A stretch of DNA of 63,939 bases, the filler included, from Licmophora abbreviata (lineage: Eukaryota): assembly GCA_900291995.1 (NCBI GenBank). It is 6 parts of 6 records of this genome, joined end to end, with 100 filler letters (N's around TTAATTAATTAA, not from the genome) between each part and the next. Parts side by side here need not be neighbours in the genome. Positions count along the whole stretch, not along the records: positions 23,195 to 54,974 come from OLMU01000958.1; 5 more parts are not named here. One strand, given 5' to 3'. Shown one piece after another: positions 24,510-34,061 of the stretch (the first letter of the stretch is position 1; each line of letters starts with the position of its first letter). The translations under genes and the position numbers were made by a program. The notes beneath the pieces are model-generated. The model saw only the letters and a program-made list of their open reading frames with translations. It made no database searches and was not told the origin of the DNA.

Positions 24510-26396
24510 ATGCCAGACAAGGACGAACGAAAATATAACCCTGGCCAAGATTCGCCGTCACAGAGTGAGATGGGCACCGTTGACGATGCAGCGGCTGCAA
24601 CCTCGACACCACCTACGCAGAATGACTCCACAATCGCGTCCATGTTCTTTGCGTTAGACCAGCTCGTGAATGTCTTTGGCTTTGATCAAGAGACGGCCCA
24701 GCAAGCGATTGAAGCCGTCGGAACCGACGTGACGACGGCATACAATTTTATTCTCGACAACAATCTCGCGCCCGATCAAGGAGGCCCGGTTGTCCCCATT
24801 GCCAATTGTCCGCATGTGCAGCATCACTTGCGCCTATCTCCCCCGGAACTCCCAAATCCCCAGACAGCTGTATGCGACCATTTTTCTACTACAAGTACTC
24901 CCACTGATGGCGCTGCCGTTGGACAAGCCAAAAGCGACGTCTCGGACATTAATGGCAGGTGTCCCCCAGGAGAAAACTGGGTTTGCTTGCAGTGCTCGGC
25001 TGTAAGGTGCTCCCGCTACATCAATGGCCACGGCGTGGATCACTACGAAGACTCCTTGAAGTCGGACCCAGGCGTCGATCAGGCCGGACATTGCATCGCT
25101 GCAAGTCTCGCTGACTTGAGTGTATGGTGCCATGCCTGTCGCGCCTATCTACGTGATGCGAAACTCGATGCTATTATACGGAAACTGGAGGAACTGAAAT
25201 TTGATAAAGTCACAACCACTATCACTGCGACGGAGGGGCACACGGAACAAACTCCTACTGGTGAAGCATTACCTTCCACCGTCGAGGACAATGACGTTGG
25301 CAGAGGCCTGCCTCTGCACTTTGGCGATGAAGAGGAAATCGGCTACTTGGAAGGCGAGGCTACTGAATCACCGCATTTGCAATATCCTTTTGGTACACTT
25401 CCTACCAGTCTAAGCGACGTTGCAAACTTTATTCAATCAGACAAGTGCAAGTCAGTCCTCATTTTGGCAGGTGCGGGTATGAGTGTTGCGTCTGGCATAC
25501 CAGACTTTCGAAGTGTAGGTGGACTCTACGATACACTTCAACCGGAATTGTTGACCGCATCGGAGGTGGAGCGAGATGCCATTGGCATGGATCCCACGGT
25601 GGCACTGGAACAAGGAATGTTCTTGCAGAATCCGCTCCCGTGTTTGGAACTCAAGCGACCCTTCATTCTCGGTACACGAGAACGAAAGTGGAAGGCAACC
25701 CTGGCCCATCGGTTTGTCGAGTTGCTACATACCAAAACAGGTAAACTGACTCGACTGTACACACAAAACATCGATGGCCTCGAGGGGCAATGCAGCAAGC
25801 TCCCACGAGAGAAGGTTGTGGCGGTGCATGGATCGATGGATCGAGCAGAATGCGCTCGTTGCGGAACGAGCTCGGACTTTGGAGAGTTCTGTGACATGGT
25901 AGAACGAAATATCAAGGATATATCCGGACAAGATCCGTCGGCGCCAAAAGAGTCGAGTTTGATTCCGTGCCAGCTGTGTGGCTACGCCGCGGTCAAGCCG
26001 TCCATCATTCTTTTTCGCGCAAACCTTCCCGATGAGTTCTTCGATCGGGTCCCGCAAGATGTGGATCAGGCTGATATGTTGATTGTCATTGGAACGTCTT
26101 TGGCGGTAGCTCCCGCCAATACGTTGGTGCATCGAGTGAACCCGTCTGCATTGAGAATGGTAGTCAACAACGAACCCGTCGGTATGCGACTCGGAATCGA
26201 GTATGGAGAAAATTCCAGGCGCGACTGCTTTGCGCAAGGCAATTGCGACAGTGTGTTGTTAGATCTCATGAGTCATTTAGGATGGCTGGATGAGTTGGCT
26301 CCGCTCGCTGACCATCTTCCGGACGAGAGCGCAGCGCTTCTGAGGGCGAAACTCGAGTCGAAAGAGAACTTGGTCACTCGCGACGAGGACATTTAA
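24510..26396 (+). CDS. UBA + ZnF-UBP + class I sirtuin fusion (NAD-dependent deacetylase)
   Basis: UBA-like ALDQLVNVFGFDQETAQQAIEAVGTDVTTAYNFILD. ZnF-UBP CPH...ENWVCLQCSAVRCSRYINGH...H...SLADLSVWCHACRAY. SIR2 motifs GAGMSVASGIPDFRS, YTQNIDGL, HGS, CxxC..CxxC and GTSL. Confidence 0.92.
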   Translation: MPDKDERKYNPGQDSPSQSEMGTVDDAAAATSTPPTQNDSTIASMFFALDQLVNVFGFDQETAQQAIEAVGTDVTTAYNFILDNNLAPDQGGPVVPIANCPHVQHHLRLSPPELPNPQTAVCDHFSTTSTPTDGAAVGQAKSDVSDINGRCPPGENWVCLQCSAVRCSRYINGHGVDHYEDSLKSDPGVDQAGHCIAASLADLSVWCHACRAYLRDAKLDAIIRKLEELKFDKVTTTITATEGHTEQTPTGEALPSTVEDNDVGRGLPLHFGDEEEIGYLEGEATESPHLQYPFGTLPTSLSDVANFIQSDKCKSVLILAGAGMSVASGIPDFRSVGGLYDTLQPELLTASEVERDAIGMDPTVALEQGMFLQNPLPCLELKRPFILGTRERKWKATLAHRFVELLHTKTGKLTRLYTQNIDGLEGQCSKLPREKVVAVHGSMDRAECARCGTSSDFGEFCDMVERNIKDISGQDPSAPKESSLIPCQLCGYAAVKPSIILFRANLPDEFFDRVPQDVDQADMLIVIGTSLAVAPANTLVHRVNPSALRMVVNNEPVGMRLGIEYGENSRRDCFAQGNCDSVLLDLMSHLGWLDELAPLADHLPDESAALLRAKLESKENLVTRDEDI

Positions 26397-26692
26397 ATAT
26401 CTAAAACTAAGCATGATAACCCAAGTTTATCAAGACTTCGATGCTCGTCGTGGCGAAAGCGTCACCCGAGCGTGATCAAGCATCGAAACAACGTTTGAAA
26501 TGTTGCTGAGTCGAAGGATTCGGCGGACCACGTCATCGTCGAATGAATCGGCCGCGACACACAGCTGCCACAAAGCCACAAAGGTTGATGTGCCGTTGTT
26601 GAAGAGTCGACGACTGCCATTGGAAAGCTTTCCCGCTCGCTGTTCCTTGTAAAACTACCTTATCGGTCGCCCACCTTTCGAAAGCCACCATT

Positions 26693-27035
26693 ATGTCTGC
26701 AACACCGACGATTCTATACCGAAACATGATGCGCGAGGCGCGTAAAATGAACGACTACAACTTTCGCATGTTTGCGCTGCGGCGGGTCAAGACTGGCTTT
26801 GTTTTGAACCGAACTTTGCAGGGGTAGGTCGTGTTGCAGTGGGGCTATCTGATTCTCATGGTGTGTATAACTGTGCGCTCATAGGATGGCAACTCACGTA
26901 TTCTTTTTTGTTCTTGAGTTTCGTAGAGAGGCGGCGGTCGCTGCGCTGACGGAGGGGCACGAACAACTCAATATGTTGAAGCGACAGGTTGTTCTTGGTC
27001 AAATGTATCCCAGCGGAAGAAGCGTAATGGACTGA
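26693..27035 (+). CDS. ISD11: LYR-motif protein ISD11/LYRM4 (Fe-S assembly), 2 exons; not in the ORF track
   Basis: Manual splice with intron 26824-26926 gives MSATPTILYRNMMREARKMNDYNFRMFALRRVKTGF...LQG|EAAVAALTEGHEQLNMLKRQVVLGQMYP..., showing the LYR, YNFR and LKRQ signatures. Confidence 0.9.
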
Positions 27036-27254
27036 ACAAAGTGGCTTAAGTGGAACGACACATTCGCCGTCTCTCTACGACTCGGCTAGACTACAGTAGG
27101 ATGATGGAACCGAGTGGTCTGGCGCTTGTATGTGATATCACACTGGGAACTTGGAATATTCAATATGCTCCGACGTTCCACTTGATAGTGCACGGCGAAG
27201 CATTTGACTATTGGCATGAAATTAACTTCTACTTTTCCTCTACTCTCATATTTA

Positions 27255-27788
27255 TTACCTAAAGATATCCTTGGTTGCCTCCAGATCCTTCCGGAATCGC
27301 TTCTCCGCCCTCTTGTTCCGTTCTGCCACCAGACCCTCCAAGCCACCAAACCGCGCCCTCGCCCGCCGTCGAATTTCTGCTCGGTTGTACAGCTTCATTG
27401 GCGTCCACCCCTTATGACGAGGGTTCGCCTTCTCTACAAATGAACAAACCGCCAATGTTCCCTCCGGCAGACAGTACATCTGCATCGCTTCCTTCTTGGA
27501 GACGTGTACAGAGGCGTTGACCTCAAAGTCCTCCAGCTCCAATTCCGCTTCCTCGCCTTTCTGCTCGTCATATTTCTCGTCGCCTCTACTCCCGCCGCCG
27601 CCATTTACTTTCTGCCGCTTTGCTTCTCGGTCCCCGCCCGCCCCTCCATTGCCATTGCCTGTCGATGATGCATGAGGCGACGTTGGTTCGGCCTCCGCCT
27701 CTTGCATCAGCTTGCGACGCTTCTGAATTTCCAGCGCCCGTTCTCGATTCCTTCTGCTTCTTTCTAGTTGTTCCTCCGTCAATGCCAT
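27255..27788 (-). CDS. XPA: XPA-like nucleotide excision repair protein (N-terminal helix + XPA_C, no zinc finger)
   Basis: LTEEQLERSRRNRERAL; SKKEA...YCL, K.NPRH..WTPMKLY and RFGGLEGL..ER.KR. Confidence 0.8.
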   Translation of the reverse strand: MALTEEQLERSRRNRERALEIQKRRKLMQEAEAEPTSPHASSTGNGNGGAGGDREAKRQKVNGGGGSRGDEKYDEQKGEEAELELEDFEVNASVHVSKKEAMQMYCLPEGTLAVCSFVEKANPRHKGWTPMKLYNRAEIRRRARARFGGLEGLVAERNKRAEKRFRKDLEATKDIFR

Positions 27789-27934
27789 GATTGTCTACGC
27801 CGAGCGTGCTGTCGATCCCTGCGGCCGTCTCCTGCAATAGTGTCGTTCGCGTTTGCTTGCCTGGGTCGTTTTGTTGTGTGCGGTGCATGCCTTTTTCGAT
27901 CCGTGGTGCGTCGGTCTCCCTCTATCTCTTTTTC

Positions 27935-28102
27935 CTAGTTTTGAATAGCTTTGGTGCTCTTGTCGTCGCTCCCGACCATAAAGAGGAAGGCAATGCGGAT
28001 GGCACCAAAGTAGAGACCGAGTTTGCCGAAAAACCAAAGATTCTGGCGCAGCGGAGATTCTGTTCCTCCCGATCCAGAGCCACCAGGATTCAATGCAAAC
28101 AT
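27935..28102 (-). CDS. 55-aa single-pass membrane microprotein, Tom6-like; not in the ORF track
   Basis: MFALNPGGSGSGGTESPLRQNLWFFGKLGLYFGAIRIAFLFMVGSDDKSTKAIQN*. ATG preceded by a pyrimidine tract; fills an otherwise empty gap. Confidence 0.55.
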   Translation of the reverse strand: MFALNPGGSGSGGTESPLRQNLWFFGKLGLYFGAIRIAFLFMVGSDDKSTKAIQN

Positions 28103-28347
28103 TTGAGAAACTAAAGGAAGGAAAGCTGCAGATGGAGAATGAAGAGCAGGAGCAGGACAAGTGGAGTGGCAGTGAGAGTGAGAGTACTGTGCGGTGTGTG
28201 AGAAGAATTCGTGGCTGATGGGGCGGCGTGACTTTCCTAGAATCGACGGAGAGACAACAGCATCTCATAACCTCAAGAACTCTTGCCACCGATACCGCCT
28301 TCACGAAAGCGATTGCATTAGAATGAATATAATAGTATTATTATATG

Positions 28348-29898
28348 CTACAGCTCCCATCGCATCTCTTCTGTCTCTTGATTCCAGTAAAAGAACTCTC
28401 CCGGTGTATCTGGATCTTCGACTCGCACCCAAGGATCCCGTGCGGTACTATCATCTGCATGGTTATCCTTCGAGTCGTCCTGCGGAGCCTTTCCAAAGTT
28501 CGAATCGTCGGTGTCCCCTGGTGATGGATCCCTTGTCTCGCTTTCGCTTGTTCTCCCTCTGTCACTCCATGCTACTGACCTTTGAGATTGGCGTTCACGG
28601 ATAGGAGGCGGACGCATCATGGAACTGCGCGCCGGTGGCCTAGCACGGCGATACTCGTTCGCCTGCTGTTTCTGCTGCGACCGTCCGTGCCGCGGCATGC
28701 GTCGCGTCGCTGCCTTTGGAACCATGGATGGTGGGTCCCGTGTAAAACTCTTGTCGCTCTTTGCAACGAGAATATCAGCGTAGCACAAGGAGCAGAGCGG
28801 TTTTTGTTTGGAATACTTCAGTTCCTCTTCTGACATGCCACACCCGCACTTGAAACATTTTGGGGGCGCTGCCGTCGGAGTAGTTTGTTCCGCCGCATGA
28901 GAAGATGTCGTAGTAAGATCTAATTCCTTTCCCAGATTGGCTTCAAAATCGGCAATCTCTTGTTCCAACTTGGAGATGGCTTCGTCCTGTCGTCGTCTAT
29001 AGTCGGCCCCGCGTCGCAATCGAGCAGCCTCCGCTGCCGCACGACCATCCCCGTCGGTTGTACCCAGCGATTGTCGAAAGACTTCACTCTGATTCAAATA
29101 ACCTTGTTCGTTTTCAAAGACCTTTCGATGCATCTCTTCCGACGTTGCGTCCGGGTCCGGGAGTTTGTACTGCAGCAAGCTCTCCAGAGTCGGTGGTGGG
29201 CCGTCGTCGTCGGTAGTACTAGTAGTAGTCGTAGAAGAAGTGGACTGAGATAGGAACGACGTGGGAAGTTCCGGATGTTGTATTAAGATCTGTTCCGTCA
29301 GTTTCTGATATTCTGCATCGTACTGAAACGACAATGCTGGCGACTGCGACGACGAGTCCTCGACGGGTATTGGATTGAGGGATCCATCCGGGTTGAGCAT
29401 GTCTCTCGATTGAAGGTAGACGTCCTCTGTGAGAAACATGCCTTCGACATTATTATTATTCTCATCGCTCTCCACACTTTTATCCATCCGTTTGTCACCT
29501 TCTGCAAATGACGAGGTATCTGCACGAAAGCCGTCGAGATTTGGTACCGAGTATGCGACGGAAGGATCCTGATTCTTCTGGACATGACTAGTTTTCTTTG
29601 CTATTCGAAAGAGGTCACCCAAGGCATCCTGCAGTCGTTCGGGATCACTAATTGATTCATTATCACCACCACTGTCAGGAGCATCCGTAGAAGAGAACAC
29701 GACTGTGCGTCGTAGTGTAGACCTGACAGCGCCGTATACGCGCCTTGATGGAAGAAACGTTTCTGACCCCTTCCAGCAGAATGCAGTAGCAGCAACAACA
29801 AGGAATGATGACAAGAGACCAATGTGTTGCGGTATTTTAGCAGTCCTTCGAGGAGCAGCGCTCATTCGGCTTCTGCGGGGGCCGACAGTCGCCGCCAT
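28348..29898 (-). CDS. Hypothetical protein: signal peptide, CxxC..CxxC motif, C-terminal WW domain
   Basis: Hydrophobic N-region + ATA-FCW; CFKC...CSLC; PWVRVEDPDTPGEFFYWNQETEEMRW. Confidence 0.75.
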   Translation of the reverse strand: MAATVGPRRSRMSAAPRRTAKIPQHIGLLSSFLVVAATAFCWKGSETFLPSRRVYGAVRSTLRRTVVFSSTDAPDSGGDNESISDPERLQDALGDLFRIAKKTSHVQKNQDPSVAYSVPNLDGFRADTSSFAEGDKRMDKSVESDENNNNVEGMFLTEDVYLQSRDMLNPDGSLNPIPVEDSSSQSPALSFQYDAEYQKLTEQILIQHPELPTSFLSQSTSSTTTTSTTDDDGPPPTLESLLQYKLPDPDATSEEMHRKVFENEQGYLNQSEVFRQSLGTTDGDGRAAAEAARLRRGADYRRRQDEAISKLEQEIADFEANLGKELDLTTTSSHAAEQTTPTAAPPKCFKCGCGMSEEELKYSKQKPLCSLCYADILVAKSDKSFTRDPPSMVPKAATRRMPRHGRSQQKQQANEYRRARPPARSSMMRPPPIRERQSQRSVAWSDRGRTSESETRDPSPGDTDDSNFGKAPQDDSKDNHADDSTARDPWVRVEDPDTPGEFFYWNQETEEMRWEL

Positions 29899-30410
29899 GG
29901 TCAAGATGACAGAGACACTCTTCTATACGAGTATCTTGAATCTGGTACTTCTCACGTGGAGGTTTATTGTTCAACTATGATATTCAATATGTATCGAAAT
30001 AGCTCATCCTTTACTCCCGGTCGGTCTCAATCGTGATAATATCTGGACCCAGTCTGGGTTTTCTCGATTTTCTTTAGCGATGTCCGCTCGTACAAAAACG
30101 GGACAAACATTAGAGAGCGCTGGAGCGAGCTCCGAGCTCCAGAAACAAACTCCTTCCACGCCGAAATTCAGAAATTCAGCGAACGCAAAGAATGTGTGAG
30201 TTTTTGAGTTTTGAGGTTGACACGACGACACAGCCGCCCGTTCTGTACGGTCACACTGATCACATTCCTTGCACCGCATGTCGTTGCTGTCCGAGTGGTG
30301 GAGAACGGAAGCTGTGTCGTTTGTTGACGGTGGCGCTTCTCCTTCTTTGACAGTTTTCTCTTGCGGCGTCGTCGCTTCAATTCCAAACATCGAAAAGAAC
30401 AGGCGAAACA

Positions 30411-32507
30411 ATGATACGAGAACTTCGAAGGATCCTGTTCGGGACGAGTGGATTGACCTTGATTGGACTTCTCGTATTCGCACTCACGCAAGAACTTCCA
30501 AATAGGGGGCTTGACTTCACGGAACAGCGTGACGAAAGCTCACAACGAAGGCGAGCGACACGACAAGCGCTCCTGTCTTTGTGGCTCTCCAAAGGTGATG
30601 TTGTCTTGGAGGACACCACTGCCACTGCTACCCAGGAAGCCTTGCTGCCGTCTCGTTCAGACCATCGTCGAATGCAGCAGATATCATCCGTCGTGCCGGT
30701 ACAACGACGACCTCTCCAGGACAACGATAATAATGACACCGTGCTACAGAATCCAGAATTGTACGGATGGACACCGCAACACTATCCCGATCCCTTGAAA
30801 TATGAAACTCGCTGTGGGATTGCCTATCTCACCAACCGGAATCTCACCAAGGGGATGCGTCTTTGTGATCCTGATTGGGTACTGGGAGGGGAGTACCTCG
30901 AACGACTCGCACTCTCATTGTCCAAGTTTTCACAGACCTTTGGGATCGAAGCCAAACTGTCCGAAACCAAGAGGAAATGGACAGTGGTAGTCGAACCCGT
31001 GGATACGACGAACCCTCTGCAACCCAGCAGCAACCCCGGATGGATTCGATCTAGGAGGCGATTGACGGAAGAGGGCGCTACACATTCAGCCCAGAAACTC
31101 GTTCCGATCAACTCACATTCCATATTCAATCAAATGCACCACCAGCAGAATCAGATGGATCTGGCCGTACAGATAGTTTCGTCCTTTAATCGTCCCGACG
31201 ACGAGAGCACTCCCGTCATTCTTCCTCCAGTCGAGCTCGCCGTCGCCACAGTGCGCAAAATGAATCTACCCGCGGTTTTGCGACAAGGCTCGTATTACAC
31301 CTACGAGGACGAAGACGACATGGTCAATGATGCAGCGCAGCTCTTTGCTCGGTATCTTCATGACGCCTGGTGGAAGAATCGTTGCGACGAGGACAACACG
31401 AAGACCGAGGACGATTCTGATGACGATACTGACTGCGTCAGTGGACGCGAATATGGTATTCTGATCTTTCTCAGTGTTCAAGATCGAGTCTGCTTCATTT
31501 CCACTGGCGCTGATATCTCCTTTGTTCTGCCGTGGTGGCGTCTCGAGCACATTGTTGTCAATATGAAACCTGATCTGAGGAGGCGTGACTATGGGACGGC
31601 ACTGCTCCGTGCTATTGATGATCTAGCATTGATGCTGGAGAGTGGCCCTCCTTCCATGTCGGATCGGTTGCATGATTTCATTGCGCGGTTTGGTGTTGTG
31701 ATTGGCTTTGCCGTTTTCACTTTTGTCTTTGGAGCTTGGGGTGAATACCGCGATCGCAGGAAACGGTGGCACTATACGGAAACGCGCAGCAAGCTATCGA
31801 GTGTCGAAAAGGAGAAAGCGCGACTGTTACAGCGCGATTACCGCACAAGATCGTGTCCAATTTGCTTGGAATCGTTCGACACGGGGTCACTGTGCGACCT
31901 GGCCGAGGAGAAAGGAGATGGTGCTTCTTCGACTGACAGGACTTTGAACTTCTTGTCGTCCTCGTCGATCCAATCGACCTCAACGGGGATGAAGCGTGTT
32001 GACAGCTACGGGATTCCAGTGCGGGGAAGTGACGGTCGACCTGTCAAGATGTTGCGATGCGGGCATATTTTCGATGAGACGTGTTGGAAGAGCTGGGTAA
32101 ATTGTGGACAAGGGAATCCGTCCAACTGTCCTGTGTGTCGACAAGACGTAGGCAAGGCATTGCCCGAACGTAAGCCGCGTGCATCATCGTCGACACGCGA
32201 GACATCTGATACTACTGCAACAACAACAGTATCTCGGACGCTGGCTGCAGATACGTTACGAACGCCCATATCGAGCAGTGGACTGACGCACCCATCCTAT
32301 GATTCGGTGGCACAAAGCCGCGCCGAACATCCGACGCCGCTTTGGGAAAGTGCTACTGTATTCTTGGCTCGACGGAGATCCGATGCACCCCAAAGCGATG
32401 TGTCGACATCGAACCGCACTTCCAATGTGGGTGAATTGGAAAGACTGTTGGATGGAAGCACATCCGAGCCATCTCCCAGAGAATCGTTCGGCGGGGATTG
32501 GGTGTGA
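30411..32507 (+). CDS. TPM/MOLO1-like domain + TM + RING-H2 protein
   Basis: N-terminal hydrophobic segment; YPDP...CG...[36 protein letters not shown] and [11 protein letters not shown]; then a TM helix and CPICL...[10 protein letters not shown]...CPVCR. Confidence 0.8.
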   Translation: MIRELRRILFGTSGLTLIGLLVFALTQELPNRGLDFTEQRDESSQRRRATRQALLSLWLSKGDVVLEDTTATATQEALLPSRSDHRRMQQISSVVPVQRRPLQDNDNNDTVLQNPELYGWTPQHYPDPLKYETRCGIAYLTNRNLTKGMRLCDPDWVLGGEYLERLALSLSKFSQTFGIEAKLSETKRKWTVVVEPVDTTNPLQPSSNPGWIRSRRRLTEEGATHSAQKLVPINSHSIFNQMHHQQNQMDLAVQIVSSFNRPDDESTPVILPPVELAVATVRKMNLPAVLRQGSYYTYEDEDDMVNDAAQLFARYLHDAWWKNRCDEDNTKTEDDSDDDTDCVSGREYGILIFLSVQDRVCFISTGADISFVLPWWRLEHIVVNMKPDLRRRDYGTALLRAIDDLALMLESGPPSMSDRLHDFIARFGVVIGFAVFTFVFGAWGEYRDRRKRWHYTETRSKLSSVEKEKARLLQRDYRTRSCPICLESFDTGSLCDLAEEKGDGASSTDRTLNFLSSSSIQSTSTGMKRVDSYGIPVRGSDGRPVKMLRCGHIFDETCWKSWVNCGQGNPSNCPVCRQDVGKALPERKPRASSSTRETSDTTATTTVSRTLAADTLRTPISSSGLTHPSYDSVAQSRAEHPTPLWESATVFLARRRSDAPQSDVSTSNRTSNVGELERLLDGSTSEPSPRESFGGDWV

Positions 32508-32595
32508 ACCAACCCAACAATCTATAGTGTACGATAACGTCTGTAATGTTTGCATGTTGTAAATGTGAACCTCTATCAAGTTAGCAGTGTGTATG

Positions 32596-33736
32596 CTACG
32601 AATTGTGATTCGTCATGCCATAGAAGAAGGGATGTTCGAGAGCCTCTTGCGCCGTTATACGACGCGCGGGGTCGTACTGGAGCATTTTCGAAAGTAGATC
32701 GACTTCAGTCCCATCTAACGTCTGCACCAGGCTGGCTAGTCCACCGCGGGGTGGTGGGTAGGGCGGTAGATTGGGTGTGTACTCGGGCAAATCCACAATG
32801 CCAGGATAGTCGGACAAGGTCGGAGTTCCCAACAATCTGAAAATTTTGTCCAATTGATCAGCTTCTGACGTTCCTGCCACGAGTGGTCTGGTACACATAG
32901 ATGAGATGACAGCGGCGTCGGCACAGAGGAGACGGCTTCGGTGAGAGGTACGAACGTGCATACTTCATTCATCACTCACTGCGATTCCGCTCACAACAAC
33001 ATACCTCCCATTGGCCATTTCGGCAAAGATGCATCCACAGCTCCATATATCGACGGGCGTACTGTACTTGCGACTTCCCATCAAAACATCGGGTGCACGA
33101 TACCACAAAGTCACGACTTCATGCGTATACGACCGGACAGGAATACCAAAGGCACGAGCGAGCCCAAAGTCAGCGAGTTTCAATTGTCCCTCTCGATTGA
33201 TCAACAGATTAGGCGGTTTCAAGTCGCGATGCAAGACACGATGTTGATGACAGTAAGCCACTCCCGTAAGCAATTGATAAAGAAAGGACTTGATAATGGA
33301 AACGTCCAAGCCAGAATCACAGACATCCAAGTACTTCTTTAAATCTTGGTCGAGAAATTCAAAGACCAGGGTAAGTTTTCGTTCGGTATGGACCACATCA
33401 TATAAGCGAACAATGTTGGGATGCTGTAGTTCCTTCAGACTGTGTTAGACACCGCGAGAGTACCAGGAGCGAGCGGGTGGGTAGAAAGCGGAGAATCGTT
33501 GGTGTGAGTCAAGAAAGGGGTATTGTTTCAGCAAGCGTTCCGTCTGGTTTATCCTCCTGTCAGTTTGATGCTTACAGACTTATTTCGCGAATTGCAGTGC
33601 TGGGAATGCCCTCGTCTTCCGCTTCGAGACGAATCTTCTTGAGGGCAACGATTTCGCCGGATACTCGATCTTTGGCTTTGTATACGACGCCGTAAGTGCC
33701 TTCTCCCACTTTTTCGATCTTTTGGTAGCGTTCCAT
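32596..33736 (-). CDS. CDKA1: Cyclin-dependent kinase A (PSTAIRE), 3 exons
   Basis: Exon 1 [21 protein letters not shown]...[27 protein letters not shown] and VVTLWYRAP; second intron 32888-33004. Confidence 0.95.
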
Positions 33737-34061
33737 TGTTCCTAAATTGACTCTATAGGGCTTGAGGATTGGTCTCAGGCGCCTCTAGATGTCTTGACAG
33801 CGTCAAGTCATGTCGAATCTAATACGATTGCCATCGTACGCTGTCGTGTTTGTCGCCAAAACTTAACCTCACGTTTCAAACGCGCGAAGGGAGCTCGTCG
33901 CGCGCTCTCTGCACGTCGCGGGTTTTTGATTTTTGGCGTTCATGTGTACGGCCACGAACGCATCTAAAGTCTGTCCACCTCCCTATACTCAAGCTCCTTC
34001 TGAAATCCAAATTCTCATCACAACTTTCGAGCGAGTGGACGAAAACAAGACGTGCTGTACC

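Noticed and set aside
21320..26396. HDAC, PAC3 and sirtuin as a deacetylase gene cluster
   Set aside because: A contig spacer at 23095-23194 separates the HDAC from the others, so the adjacency is artificial.
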